Positions 1 to 13,564 are shown, counted from the stretch's first letter. The stretch is DNA of 64,000 nt from Squalus acanthias (GCA_030390025.1 CM059425.1:162504001-162568000); one strand, 5' to 3'. Made by a program: numbers and translations. The notes: generated by a model not told the origin, from the letters alone.

Positions 1-498
1 TCCTCCGGCCCCCTGATGTTCTCTGCCAGCACCCCCCATGCTCCTCCGGCCCCTCAATGTTCTCTGCCTCCCGCCTCCATGCCCCTCCGGCCCCTCGATG
101 CTCTCTGCCTCTCCCCCATGCTCCTTTGGCCGGCCCCCTGATGCTTGAGTCTGGCACCCCGATCATCCTGCGGCCCTCCGATCATGCTTCGACCCCCCCC
201 CGATCATGCTCCACCACCCCCCCGATCATGCTCCGGCTGCCCCGATTAGCCGCCGGCCCCCACTCGATCCCTCCCTCCCTCCTCTTTGCAGCCTAGTGCC
301 GTAGGCAAACCTGCCTACAGCCAGCATACCTCTCCAACTGGCTGGCTGCGGGCGGGAAACAGAGGTTTGAAATGCAAATCAGGCTCTGCCGTTAAATTCG
401 GCATGGTCTGTGGGAAACCCGTTCTCCCGGGTTTCCCAACCGCTTCTGACTCCCTCCCACCCCACCACACCAACCCGCCAAAAGATTAAAATTCAGAC
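1..498. mobile_element. Right part of a Harbinger-type non-autonomous element (MITE) with a C-rich internal tandem repeat, cut by the window edge
   Basis: Ends in TTAAAATTCAGACC, similar to the termini of other MITEs here. Positions 1-260 are degenerate CCCCTGATG/CCCGATCATG repeats. Confidence 0.5.
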
Positions 499-501
499 CA
501 A

Positions 502-669
502 TCTGGTCATTACCTCATTGTTGTTTGTGGGACTTTGCTGTGCGCTAACTGGCTGCTGCATTTCCCTACATTACAACAGTGGCTATACTTCAAATGTACT
601 TAATTGGCTGTAAAACACTTTTGGACACCCTTAGGTTATGAAAGGTGCTATATAAATATAAGTTTTTTC
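502..669 (+). mobile_element. 3' tail of a Deu-type (SacSINE1-like) SINE
   Basis: CTACATTACAACAGTG...CTTCAAA..TACTTAATTGGCTGTAAA...GAAAGGTGCTATATAAAT; the same tail occurs at 18970-19078 and, inverted, at 52320-52520. Confidence 0.65.
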
Positions 670-1289
670 AAGTTCCGTCTATTAATGAAACTTCCCTAAT
701 ATTCCTGAGGCAGCACTACCATCTAGTGGTTAAAGAACAATATTTCAGCAGTAACAAAGGACAATCTCTGTATTGACTTTAAAGCTTTATCCAACAGGCT
801 ATGTGGATCACTAATCACAATTTCTGAAGTAGCTAGAGAGGTTCACTTAAGATCTTATAAAGCACTTCACTGTAGACTAATGGATATGGAATCTGAGAAA
901 TTGGATACTTCAATCTGGGCTTGTTTGCATCATCAGTACTTTAAGAGAACACTTGAACAGTGTCTATCCATATGCCATTGTAACCCAGGCTGATATTTAT
1001 AGTTAGATATTCTTACAGTGTTGGCTGCAAGGTGAGGTTCTAGGGTTTAACATGTTTCTGGCTGCCTACAAAGTGTGCTTGTTTTATCGCAACTGCTGCA
1101 AATCATTGTACTGAAATGTCTTCATTTGGTTGGGTCCATTTACAAATCTACTCTATTTTTAAAAATGCACTCTTTGCATTGGGACAGTCTTGTATGCCAT
1201 TGATGTTAATTGTCCTGTCATAGAATGGCAGTAAGTGGAGACTGCCTGGAAATCAAAGGAAAAGAGAGAGGCGGAAGAGTTTAGGGTGG

Positions 1290-1505
1290 GAATTCTAAAA
1301 AGACAAGCCATTCGGACCAACTGGTCTATGCCAGTGTTCATGCTCCACACTCCATTTACTTCATCTCACCCTATCAACATATCCTTCTACTCCTTTCTCT
1401 CGCATGTACCCATCTAGCTTCCCCTTAAATGCATCTATGTTAGTCGCCTGAGCCACTCCATGTGGTAGCGAGTTCCACATTCTCACCCCTCTCAGAGTAA
1501 AGAGA
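1290..1505 (-). mobile_element. CR1 LINE 3' end fragment
   Basis: Minus translation FTLRGVRMWNSLPHGVAQATNIDAFKGKLDGYMREKG is a CR1 ORF2 C-terminus; it matches 33600-33800. Confidence 0.85.
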
Positions 1506-1516
1506 TTTGGATCATA

Positions 1517-3385
1517 GGCTAGGACTTTGCTCATCTTGGCGGGTCCGTGGCGGGCGACGTCGTTGGCGGGTCCCGACCCCACTGCTGGCTCCATCCCGCT
1601 CAGTGAAATAACTTTCCGTTGATGGGGCTTGTTGAGCCCGTCCAGTGCGTTCCCCAGCCAATTAGAAGAAGCGCGTCTGGTGATGTCATTTCATGACACG
1701 TCATCAGCCGGTTTCCTTAAAGGGACCATGGCCAACTTTATTTTGACATTTGTGCTGTCAGTATTCTACAACACTGAAGTGCTGACAATCACTGCACAGA
1801 GGTGCAGGGCTGCACCCAAGTTCTCCCATGACTCCCTCCATATGCTTATTGAGGGAGTTGCAGCACGCAGGGAGGTCCTCTTCCCTTCCGATGGGCGGAA
1901 GAGACCTCCCCAGGACACCCAGTTACACATTGCACAGGAGGTCACAAGCAGGGATGTTGTCAGGAGGACCTGGGTGCAGTGGCGCAAACCGTTCACGATG
2001 CCTTCCATTGCTTCACCCACAACACATGCTTAATCTTATTAGATCACGAAACGTTAGTACAAAGCCACACTCACCTTCATCCTACTGTGCCTCTCATCAC
2101 ATCCCCATCACTCTGCCTTCCCTACCCTACTCCTGCACATCCTTAACCAACTTACCTTGCACCTCCACCCATCCCTCTCTCTCTATCTACATTATCACAT
2201 CCCCATCTCACTAGCCACCCTTCACACTTACTCTCATCCTAGTGTAATCATACCAACTAACAACACACAAGGGTAGCCACTTGGGTCTTTTATCCAATGT
2301 TCATGTAAAGTTTCTGTTAATGTGCTGTCAAACATTGAAACCTTTATTTTCAACACTTTGTGTTCTTGGACAGATTTGTGTGCACCTTTGGAAGTGGCTT
2401 AGTGAGTTACAGTGAATGGTGAGACATAACGGTACCCCCTGCAATGGTGATGAGTGTGAAAGGAATGGCTTGGGCATTGTAGGGATGCTTTATGGTGTTG
2501 GTGTGGGGTGGTGCCAACCTGGCGCAGCATGTGGCAGCCAGGGAGTACAGCGTCAAGTGAAGTAAATCTGGCCATGGTGAGGCCATCCTTGGCCTCCCGG
2601 GCAGCAATGTGGTCGGGTGCTGATGCCCTGTGTCCTGTGCAGCATCAGTTGATTGCGGAGAAGGTTGGTGTTGTTGTTGGTGCTGCTGCTATGCCTGGTG
2701 CTGCTGGTGTTGGGGCTCATCATGGTGGGATTCTGAGCACCAAGGTGAGAGAGTATAAAGGGCACCCATGTTGATGGAATAGATGGCAGGTGAAGTTGAG
2801 ATGACAGAAGCATTCTGTCAATGGTGAGAGAGGTTGTTCCAGTGAGGTGACACTGGATAGAGAGTTAGCTCCAAACACTTGCAACCTGCGTAAAGCTTAA
2901 TCTGTGAGCTCCATGCACTTGTTGTAGGTGATGGTGTTGGGCGAAGGGGAGAGGGGTTTAAGGAGATGATTGGTAGTGGAGAAAAGAAGCTGGGGTTATC
3001 TTTGCTCTACAAGATGATCCTGGAATAGTGAGTATATTTCGGCGCCGGTCTGCGGGTTGCGGTCCCACGCCGCCCTGGTGGCCTAGTGTGGGCCATCGGA
3101 GGCCCCGCAGAGTGCACAGCGGCCCTCCCATTTAACTGAAGGGGAGGGGCATTGAAACGCTGCAGCGCTCCGTGGAACCTCCACCGAGCGCTGCCAATCC
3201 CGTCCTGAGATCGCCTCGGTTACCGCTCCACCAGTAAGTGGAGCGCCCAAGATTATGCTCCACATCCAATGCGGGGCGGTAAGCCGAATTTAGCAGCTGG
3301 GTCGGTACTTCCGTGCTGGGCGCTAAATGTCCGGCCTTAACTCGGTTACCACCCCCAAATGGGACATAACAGAATTTCGCGCCCA
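1517..3385 (+). mobile_element. Internally deleted PIF/Harbinger element (Myb exon 1 kept; transposase 5' and 3' ends fused)
   Basis: 1790-1995 encodes RAAPKFSHDSLHMLIEGVAARREVLFPSDGRKRP...EVTSRDVVRRTWVQWRKPF. 2400-2790 is colinear with 13420-13620 and 14640-14780 of the full copy. Boundaries are approximate. Confidence 0.75.
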
Positions 3386-3589
3386 CAATATCTTATTTTG
3401 AAGTGAGAGTCACAGAAAGAAGTTATTTCTTTCACTAGAAACAGCCAGTGTCACTGAAAATAAGTGAAACTTGACAGGTCTGTTTCCAGAAAATATCTAA
3501 AGGAATGACTGGGTTGGAAGATTTCTGCGACATTGTGAATGCCACAAGGTGTGTCTAACACTACACTTGACGCCCCCACACTGTACTCT

Positions 3590-4050
3590 CCAGCTGCTTG
3601 TCCGACATCAAATTATGGATGAGTTGAACTTTTCCAAGCTGCTGCCAGAAATTGCGCAGCTCAGGCACCAATCAACCCCCACCCCAATTTGTTGCTCAGG
3701 CTGAGCCGAAAGATACATGACTTTGGTCTACTGCCCGAGCTTGAGCTGAGTTTCAAACCCCTACAGCCGGCCTATTGTGAAGACCATCTACTTTCACCTT
3801 TGTCACATCGTCTGCTTACCCCCACTGTCAGTGAAACCTTCATTCATGCTTTTATCACCTCCCAGCTTGATTTTTCCAATGTCCTACTTGCTGGTCTCAT
3901 AAACTCCAACTCTGCCAGAACTCTACATGTGTCCCATCCCAGGCTGCTTTCACTCCCATCCTTGTCAAAATCTGTTGGCTTTACATTTCCCCCCAGCATC
4001 AATTTTAAAATCCTTGTTCTTTTTTTCAAATTCCCCCATGGTCCTTCTTT
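3590..4050 (+). mobile_element. L2 LINE ORF2 3' fragment (old)
   Basis: ETFIHAFITSQLDFSNVLLAG and INFKILVL motifs typical of the L2 C-terminus. Confidence 0.7.
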
Positions 4051-4321
4051 GCTACATATTTCAATTCTTCTATTGAAATAATCTTCGATACTTTTGAGTA
4101 TTAAACAAGGAGTCTCATTATTTGGACCCCTACAATAAAACTGTTACTGAGATATCTAATTCATTTTAATGTCCTTTTTAGTTTTTGTTTCAGTTAAAGT
4201 TTTTGGTGCACTTTTATGTCAATTATGTTAGAATGGAAGATATTTTAGATTAGTACTAGATTATCAAGATTACTGAGAAACCACAACATTTACATTCCTA
4301 TATTATTCCATCTATACAGTG

Positions 4322-5372
4322 TGCAGTAACAGAGTATTAACAGAGAGGGAAGCAACAGAGAGGGCAGTAACAGAGAGGGCAGTAACAGGGAGCAGTAACA
4401 GAGAGGGCAGTAACAGGGAGCAGTAACAGAGAGGGCAGTAACAGAGAGGGCAGTAACAGGGAGCAGTAACAGAGAGCAGTAACAGGGAGCAGTAACAGAG
4501 AGGGCAGTAACAGGGAGCAGTAACAGAGAGGGCAGTAACAGAGAGGGCAGTAACAGGGAGCAGTAACAGAGAGGGCAGTAACAGAGAGGGCAGTAACAGG
4601 GAGCAGTAACAGAGAGGGCAGTAACAGGGAGCAGTAACAGAGAGGGCAGTAACAGGGAGCAGTAACAGAGACGGCAGTAACAGAAAGGGCAGTAACAGAG
4701 AGGGCAGCAACAGAAAGCAGTAACAGGGAGCAGTAACAGAGAGGGCAGTAACAGGGAGCAGTAACAGAGAGGGCAGTAACAGGGAGCAGTAACAGAGAGG
4801 GCAGTAACAGAGAGGGCAGCAACAGAGAGCAGTAACAGGGAGCAGTAACAGAGAGGGCAGTAACAGGGAGCAGTAACAGAAAGGGCAGTAACAGAGAGGG
4901 CAGCAACAGAGAGCAGTAACAGGGAGCAGTAACAGAGAGGGCAGTAACAGGGAGCAGTAACAGAGAGGGCAGTAACAGGGAGTAGTAACAGAGAGGACAG
5001 TAACAGAGAGCAGTAACAGGGAGCAGTAACAGAGAGGGCAGTAACAGGGAGTAGTAACAGAGAGGGCAGTAACAGGGAGTAGTAACAGGGAGCAGTAACA
5101 GAGAGGGCAGTAACAGAGAGCAGTAACAGGGAGCAGTAACAGAGAGGGCAGTAACAGGGAGTAGTAACAGAGAGGGCAGTAACAGAGAGCAGTAACAGGG
5201 AGCAGTAACAGAGAGGGCAGTAACAGGGAGCAGTAACAGAGAGGGCAGTAACAGGGAGCAGTAACAGAGAGGGCAGTAACAGGGAGCAGTAACAGAGAGG
5301 GCAGTAACAGGGAGTAGTAACAGAGAGGGCAGTAACAGAGAGGGCAGCAACAGAGAGCAGTAACAGGGAGCA
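4322..5372. repeat. ~1.05 kb minisatellite of interleaved 13-bp (GCAGTAACAGGGA / GCAGTAACAGAGA) and 15-bp (GCAGTAACAGAGAGG) units
   Basis: Directly visible tandem array. Confidence 0.98.
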
Positions 5373-5424
5373 ATGGGAGAGAAACATAAAGGGAGAGAGA
5401 GAGCGAACAGTGAGAGAGAACATA

Positions 5425-5512
5425 ATAAAAAGTGAAATAAAAACTCAGCAGGTCAGACAGCATCTATGGAGAGAGAAACAGAGTTGACATTTCAGGTCGA
5501 TAACCTTTCAAA
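5425..5512 (-). mobile_element. Penelope-like pLTR fragment (family 2) with a degenerate hammerhead motif
   Basis: ACTCAGCAGGTCAGACAGCATCTATGGAGAGAGAAACAGAGTTGACATTTCAGGTCGATAACCTTTC matches 45992-46058. Confidence 0.7.
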
Positions 5513-7639
5513 GAAAAAGTGATTTTTGTCTATCTTATGAAACAGGATTGATGTTTGTTAAAAATATTGAGCCATTACAGTTTAGCACCAGTAAAAGTGA
5601 CAGATGGTTACTTAAGGTAGGAGAGCCTAGAAATTGCATTGCGCAGCGCCCATTTTTCAGGCGTTGCATGGACACCAAAGGCCCCAAAATGGCAGGCTGG
5701 ATGGTGTACTTCATCTTTAAGTATCTTGTGATCTTATGAACTGGACAGCATGTTTGTTCAGTTGCCTCTGACTAGTATCAAACTTGATGAATTTGTTTGC
5801 CCTACAAACAGCATTTGTGACTTGCCTATTGTTGGTATGCATTGCGAAGTGACTGACATGGCAGAAGTCACCTGTTGTACCTCGGAATTAACCAGTGGCG
5901 TAAAAGATTTAGTGCAATGGTCACCTTCCCTGCTATGGTAAATGCAGTCCTAACTGTGGATCTGGTTTGCAGTTCTGGCTGTAACACTGAGTGTACCCCC
6001 TCCAGAGCTTCCAGACTGAAGCATTCCCTCCTACGGCATAACTCCAGAGAAGAATTAAAAAAAAACTAATCTATAAACTCTGTTGGCAGGGAATCTGAGA
6101 GAGGATCTGTGTCTTTGCTGGTGTTGCCTTATTTGACGGGCTTCCCCTGCAGCCACTTACTGTTTTCAATCCTCTACTTGCATCATATATATTAGAAATA
6201 ATGTGATTTCCATTGGGAATCCCATTTTGCTGTCTTTATAGATTAAATGACAAACTATTCTGCCTCACAATCCTGTCCAAGAGGAGCCTGATTTGAAGCT
6301 GAAGGCTTCAAATGAAAAGGGCAAAAAGAATCTTCTGGCAAGTAAAGAAAAGTAGTCAGCGTAAACTCTTTCCTATACAAAGCTGCTGCAGGGTCCCTTT
6401 AAAACTCCTCTATCACCTGGTCCTAGCAAGTATGCCTGCTTTATTCAGTTTTTCTTAGAAATTAAGGAATTTAGGACAGGTGACATCATCTCATCCTAAG
6501 TTACATGCTTGCTCTTCTTCCTCCAGCTCTCACATCCAGGCCAATTTGGGATGTGCTTTACACAATATTTATGTGGCTCATCTGGGACCCGCTTCTCCCA
6601 TGCAAAAACCGCCACAATGCACTCTCTTGGAGCACAGGAATTTTAGGACAATTGATTTACCTTGTCTATACCCTTTAGGATAATGAATATTTCAACATAG
6701 CTATCTCCGAGCTTTCCCTTCTCCAGTATAAACTTCTGCAGCCTCTTGGTACCTAACTCAAGCTATCAATTCAGTTGCCCTTCTCTGATCCCTCTCCATT
6801 GCCAAATTGTCTTTCTCATAATATGATTAATGTTATTTGCCACAGTACTCCAGGAAGCCAACAGAATGTTGAACTATGTAACCAAAATAGTAGAATACAA
6901 GTCAGAGAAAGTCATGATCAAACTGCACAGTAATCTGGTCAGATCACACATTCACTTGTGAACAACGCCCTTTCCATCTTTGAGTTCATTGTGGATCAAA
7001 CTCCGGACAGTGACAGAAACCTGGCTCACAGGTGGTGACCCCTTTTCCTCTCACTGAAGTTTCCACGTTTAGCTATATATTTGTTCACCTGCCCTGCCTA
7101 AACCACTGCAGCGGTGCTATAGCTCTTGTTACCAACCCCACCGTGGCTTCTCCCCCTACTCCTCTGGCATCTCACCCTCTTCTGTCTCTGCTGCTTTTCA
7201 TTTAAAATTGTCTCCTAAGCTCCATGGCGCCTTCATCACCAAGATCTTCCCCGGTCTACAGTTGTAACTTTGGTGGGAGACCGGTTGACCCCCAAGTAAT
7301 AGTGAAAATGGCCATTTTCAGCCTTTTATGCTGTTTTTTTCTGGGGGGTCCCATCCATCTCTTGCCAAAGTTATGGTAGCAGGTTGAGAGAATCTCCATA
7401 GAATTTCAGAGCTAGTTTTTTTAATGTCCTCCTTGCTGGCCTTCATCCTCTTCCATCCGTCAGCTTTAACTCATTCAGAACTCAGCTGTGCATATCCTGT
7501 CCTGCATTGTTGATCTACAGTGGTTCTCTGTCCCCAACCACATAGAGGGTGAAACTGGTCTTGGGCGGTAGTGCAATATGGGCAACAGTGAATCGGCAGA
7601 ATGTTTTATACCCCGCCGATCTTCTTTTCCATTGAAGTT

Positions 7640-8003
7640 AATTTTATCCTCATTGCATTTAAATGATTCACCCTTATCTTCAAAGCCCTTCACGCCCTCC
7701 CTTGGCAACCAGTTTTCTATCCTTTCCTGAACCCTTCAGTCATCTAACTCTAGCCTCCTGTGCCCTTCTCCTCACTTGCCCCACTATTGGTGACAGAATG
7801 CATTGGCCTTGCTCTCTGGAACTCCCTCGCTAAACCCCTCCACCTCTGTTTTTCTTCCCACCTTTAAAGGTTTTCTTAAAACCAATGTTTTGACCAAGTT
7901 TTCATCACATCTCCTAACTCCCATGGTGGCTCAGCATTCATTCCTTTTTTTAATTTCCTCTGTGATGTGCCACAAAGATGCTACATAAATGCAAGTTGTT
8001 GCT
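7640..8003 (+). mobile_element. L2 LINE 3' tail (old)
   Basis: Similar to 51930-52320; ends in GATGCTACATAAATGCAAGTTGTTG. Confidence 0.55.
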
Positions 8004-9989
8004 GATGACGCAAGTGGGAGAGAAACAAAATACTGAACCTGATGTTACATGGAGCTGAATTACATATTGTTAAAACGACACAATCAGCTCAATACATAAT
8101 GATCTTTATTGATGTCCATTCAGTTCCTTCATACTGGCAGATTCAGAAATTTTCACTCCAAGTTTCATCCCATTATGTTTACAATACCAATGCAGAAATG
8201 CTAATATTTAAAAATATTCAAGAGGACTACACAGTGAGAATAAAGGGAATTCATTATAATTATTGATTATCTACCATGAACTGCCTTAAATTTTACACTG
8301 CGTTCTTTAAACCCAGTAGGTAACTGTGTCATCAGAGGAGGAATTCACACACATTAATAAAAATCCATTGGCTCATAAAAAAGCATCAAAATATTACAGA
8401 GCAGAGTTAATGTAGTTACAGTTCAAATTGAAAGAAGCAGATTGCTGATAAGAAAAATCATATTGCTGGATATATCTTCTTTAAATCCGCATGAAAGTTT
8501 TCTCTCTATTTTTATTTTACTTGAAGGTAAACATAACTCTCATTTCTTTATAAAACACTTGCAAATATGGACACCTGGAAAGTACCTAAACCCTTGCCAC
8601 TGTCCATTTAGTTAGAAGATACATTTTTCTAACCTGCTTGCAATAGGGCTTCCATTGTTTCTTTGGGGAAAACATTCCTCTTATCCGTGCAAATCTCCAG
8701 CTTACTACCAGATGGCTACTAACTAGTGCTTTTCAGCAGCTGACACTGAGTATGAAATCAGGAATTTTAATTGTTCATTTTTACAAGGAGTGCTGGATTA
8801 AGACAGCCCCTGAATTTATACTCATTACTGTTTCAAGTTAACTAAGGTCAAGTCAAACAAAGTTTGGCTTCAAGAACAAAAGTGGTATTGGGGAGTTCAT
8901 TACTCCAGGACGTGACCCTGTCTTAAAGAAATGACATGACTCATTGACACTGTGTAGTGGCCTCAGGAAAACTGCAATTTTAAAGTATCAAAGAACCACA
9001 ATGTGGCCACAAACATTTTTGTAACATTTCTCACAGTGCCTTATTTATTGAAATTTAAAACAGGTGTTTGGTGCTGAGGTTGCAACCAAAATATTTTCAA
9101 CTCCATACTAAACCCTGCCTTGATAAAGGAAGTCCCAAGAATAAAGGGCTTGTATTCTTCCTGCATGCTGAACAAGTGTTCTTTCTCTTTCCTGGTAGAA
9201 TATCTGTGACCATTCAGCATAAATGCTAGATAAAGTTACAGCAAATTTGTTTTCTTACAAAAGCAGCGATGCTTAGGATCCCATGAGTAATAATAGCCTT
9301 GTCTTCTTTTCAGGTCCAGAACTAGCGTCATTTTCTCCCAGAAACAAACACTACTTCCTGCCACAATGGGACTGTTCTCTCATGGTGAAATGGGAGAGAA
9401 CTCAATTTGCAGGTGTTTCAGTAGAAAGGTAAAGGGGAATTTGACCCCTGAGGGAGTGTGGTAGGTAACTCTGGGTCTGCTCTCACACAATTACAACAGC
9501 CAATCTATTCAAATTCATGTAAGCTGGCTAATATCAGTGTATTAGTTATGTATACAGCTTTGATCTTATTGTTATAACTGCCTAAAATGATGCCTTACTG
9601 CAATAATATTATTAAATGTGTCACAGTCTATGTGCAATAATGAAATGCTAACTCCTCAAATGCACAATCTAGCATTTGGGTAGGCTTCACCCTGAACTTG
9701 AGTGGGACAGCTTTTTAAAAACTATATATATTCCGGGTCCGTTTTCTTATTTCTTGATGCAATACAGTTTTCTACTACTTAACATCCTGTGACTTTTCTT
9801 CTTCCCTTTGCTGTACACCGGAAATAGTAGATTCCACAAAAGTAAATGTTATTTTGATGAATAAAGTAGCTCTGACCGATTACTATTTATTGCTTGGGTT
9901 CTCTGTATTGTTAAAAGAGCAGCAGCTTTTATTAAAAAATAATAGTGTGCTGAACACTCATTGCTTCAAAGAGCGCTTTAGAAAACAAC

Positions 9990-10246
9990 CGCTGATCTGT
10001 GCCGGATTAGCTGATCTGAGCCGAGCCAGCAATGAGGCTGCTACAATCGCCTTCAGCACTCCTGGGCATGGAGAGGAAAAAGAAGTTCAGCTTCTTGCCT
10101 CTGTTTGTTATCCAGTGACATATGTATTCCACAGCATCAGGTGAGGAACAGATTGCACTCAACTCTGATGACCCATGGTCAAGTAGCCTGTTGACGTTCA
10201 TTTTCTAGTCTCATAAATGAAGAATGGTTATTTAGGCAAGGTAGCC
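9990..10246 (+). mobile_element. Old SINE-like repeat, same family as 40755-41030
   Basis: Shares TCTGTGCCG..TTAG.TGATCT, TATCCAGTGAC, GGTGAGGA and AAGTAGCCTG blocks with 40778-40990. Confidence 0.55.
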
Positions 10247-10715
10247 AATCGCTGATTACACCCAGGCAACCATATGGTGGGCATGGGGCGCGGGGCACGC
10301 GTCAAACCCGCCTGACATCATCAGTTTGGGGCCTGGGCTATTTTAACTCCTGGGTCTCATTTGCATCCGCTGGCCAGCTTCCTATAAGAAAAGGATAGAA
10401 AGAGGCAGCTTTGAGCAAGTCAGAATTGCAGGGCTCGGAGGCTGCCTGCCAGCACCAAGGTAAGTTGCGATGGGGGGATGTGGGCCATTTCACAGGTGGG
10501 AAGGGGGGAAACCTGGGCAGCAGAGGCCCAGTCTTTCTTTGTGGAGCCTGGAGGATCACCTCTGCTTCTCCTTGCTTCACTAAAGAAAGTTTCTGACTAA
10601 TCCTAGAGGGTCTCCCCTTCCTCGCCAGGCATTACTGAGCAAGGCGCATGCTCCAGGTGTCCCACTCAATAGCCCATTAAAATGTCATTGGGGTCCGAAT
10701 TTGCATTTTTAAAAA

Positions 10716-10992
10716 TTCGTTCATGGGATGTGGGCGTCGCTGGCAAGGCCAGCATTTATTGCCCATCCCTAATTGCCCTTGAGAAGGTGGTGGTGAGCCG
10801 CCGCCTTGAACCGCTGCAGTCCGTGTGGTGAAGGTATTCCCACAGTGCTGTTAGGGAGGGAGTTCCAGGATTTTGACCCAACGACGATGAAGGAACGGCG
10901 ATATATTTCCAAGTCAGGATGGTGTGTAACTTGGAGGGGAACTTGCAGGTGATGGTGTTCCCATGCGCCTGCTGCCCTTGTCCTTCTAGGTG
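10716..10992 (-). mobile_element. 3' end of the second LINE lineage (same family as 48110-51265)
   Basis: Near-identical to 48124-48400. Confidence 0.9.
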
Positions 10993-11406
10993 GATCCCTA
11001 TTTGCATGTCTTAATGAGGCTCCTGCCTGAGTCAGGCGTGCACCTCAGTGGCCCAAAAATGGGCTCAGTTAAGATGGCAGCGGACAGGAATCAAGCGGGA
11101 ACAAGACAGTAAGACCGGAATTTTCACTTCAGAGTCGGGTCGGGTGCGTGCGGGTCGCATAGCGGGTCGGGAATGCAACGTGTTGATCAGCCCGCTCCTC
11201 AGTGCGACTTTAACATAATGGCCCCAATTAAGCCAACCATCCGCATTTCCCAGCCCTATTAAAGGGTGCAGGTCTGATGATATCATTGATGACTCATTTC
11301 CAGCGCAAATATTTAAAGCAGCCTTGCACACAAGTCATTTGAAGGTTGGTAAAGGAGTGTGGAAGCATCACTGTAAAGGTTGGATTTAGTTTGTGAACAT
11401 AAAAAC

Positions 11407-13277
11407 ATGAATACCCAAAGGCAGAGGGCTATACCCCGGTTTACAGGTGCCTTGCTGCATATTCTGATGGAGGCAGTACGAGCACGCAGGGAGGTCCTCT
11501 TCCAAGCACATGGGTGCAAGAGACCTCTCCAAGAGACCAAAAGGGCCTGGCTCGAAATAGCAGAGGAGGTCAGCTGCAGGGAGGTTGTGAGGAGGACCTG
11601 GATCCAGTGCAGAAAGAGATTCAATGATCTGATGAGGTCAGGAAAGGTGAGTGCCAAGCCACCCTCACCTTCACCCTGATGTTCATGTCACCACATCCCC
11701 ATCACTCTGCCTTCCCAAGGCTACTCCTTCACATCATTCTTCACACCAACGTACCTTCCAGGTCCACCCACCCCTCTCTCTCTATGTACATACTCACATC
11801 CCCATCTGTCTAACCACCCCTCACACTTACCCTCATCCTAAAGCAATCATAGCAAGTAACACAATAGAAGGAGGCCAGTTGACATTGTCACTCCACTCCC
11901 TCATAGTCACCCTCTACATACATAACCCATACATTCCTTACACTCATTCCATCACTCTCACTCAAACTTCTCTTCTTTCCCTCCTTGCAGGAGAAAAGAG
12001 CCCACAACAACAGGGAGAGACAGAGAACCGGAGGTGTCCTCCATCCTTCAATAATTTGACTGCAGCAGAGGAGGTGGCCCCGGAGGTGTTGAGAGTTGCA
12101 GAGCTGCTGGCGGTGGGAGACAGAGAGAGGGGGACCCCCCAACAACCTGGTGACAGAATTACATCTCATACAGCCACATGGCATATAGCAGTCACTCATT
12201 TGGGGACTGATATCAGCAGCCAGTGAATGTTCATCATGTGCACGATGGTATCATTACCCATTCTTAATATAACATTTCTAAATCATCTCTGTACTCTCCC
12301 ACAGGTCCATAAGAGCCACCGCACCCCCCACCCCCCACTGTCCTGCCGGAGGAGGAAGACAACTCCTCAGAGGAGCCTCCAGCCTCTGAGGGTGCACCGT
12401 CAGCAGACCCAAGCGCACCCAGCACCAGCACAGATACCCACACCTCGGTGGGTCCCACGCGAGACAGAGTAGTGTTGTCACCTGGTGTCTCACACCTCAC
12501 AAGTGAGCAAGAGCAGATGGTGGAGACTGGGACAGCAGTGGAGACTCCTCGCTAGAGGGTGCAGGACGCTCCAAGCTCTGCTCAGCTGTATGCAGAAGCT
12601 GAGCCCCGCGGGCCATCGAGAAAGAGGGAGATCCTGGAGATGCAGGAAGAAGTATACGAGGCTCTGGCAGGTTTTGCAGCCGCGATGGTTGCAAATGTGC
12701 AGAGAATGGAGGAGTCCATCTCCAACATCAGCACCACCATGTCACAGGCGATGGCGACGATGTGCTGTTTCATGGAAAGGATGGCCACCTGCATGGAGCA
12801 GCTAATGCGCCACTCACATGAGCACATGTTTGCTATGGAAAACAGATGGCAGAGGCTCATAGACCTCCTCTCTAGGTGGGATCTGTTGGCCCTCATGGCC
12901 CCACTGCTATGCAGCAAGGTGCTCTCCTGCTCCTTGCTAGCAAGGAAGTGTGGGTGGCTAATGAGAGGGATGATGGTGAGAGTGGACATGGAAGTGGGGG
13001 CTCCTCTCAAAGCGTTCCCACTTCTCCCCCATTGCCTCCCCCTCAGTCAGAGTCCCACATGTTTCCTCGGATCCTGATGGCCGAGTCTGTGCTTGCACAG
13101 TCGCAGAAGGAACAGTCTTTGGCGGGACCCTCACAGGCTCCAAAACCCAGAGGACGTCTGCCAAAAGTGTCTAAGCAGTCGCAGCAGGGAACTCAGCAGC
13201 CTGCCTCTACCTCTGCTGAAGCCACAGGGGTTGCACCTCGTAGAAGCACTTGGAAAAGAAAAATGACACAATCCTAG
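11407..13277 (+). pseudogene. Harbinger Myb/SANT-like (MSANTD/NAIF1-type) DNA-binding protein gene, 3 exons: 11407-11646, 11991-12149, 12305-~13277
   Basis: MNTQRQRAIPRFTG...ARREVLF...W.EIAEEVS......RTWIQCRKRFNDL. Splice sites AAG|GTGAGT, TTGCAG|GAG and CACAG|GT. Exon 2 has a 1-nt deletion and exon 3 has in-frame stops. Confidence 0.88.
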
Positions 13278-13564
13278 ATGCACAAGGGTATGCACATGGG
13301 TGTATAAAGCAATGTTATTGTTAAGGTTCCGTTATTGTTATGACACACATAAATGTCTTTATTTTCACTACTTTCCGGTCTTGCACATTTTTGGCTGTTA
13401 CCTTGGAAATGGCTTTGTGACTCGGAGTGAATGGTGAGACATTACGTGGCCTCGAGCAATGGGGCTTTGGGTAAAAGGAATGGGTTGGTCATTGTAGGGA
13501 TGCTTTATGGTGTTGTTGGGGGCGGGGGACTTAGCATAGCATGTGGCAGCCATATGGGTGGATT

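Noticed and set aside
4322..5372. CRISPR-like array
   Set aside because: No unique spacers and no cas genes, in a eukaryotic context.
4290..5463. Three long overlapping Cys/Leu-rich ORFs (337-383 aa) on the minus strand
   Set aside because: Artefact of a stop-free minisatellite; all three frames are open and the sequence is low complexity.
9314..9428. Plus-strand exon-like segment (TCTTCTTTTCAG ... AAAG|GTAAAG)
   Set aside because: No recognisable protein and antisense to MCTP1; such splice-site pairs occur by chance. It would need RNA evidence.
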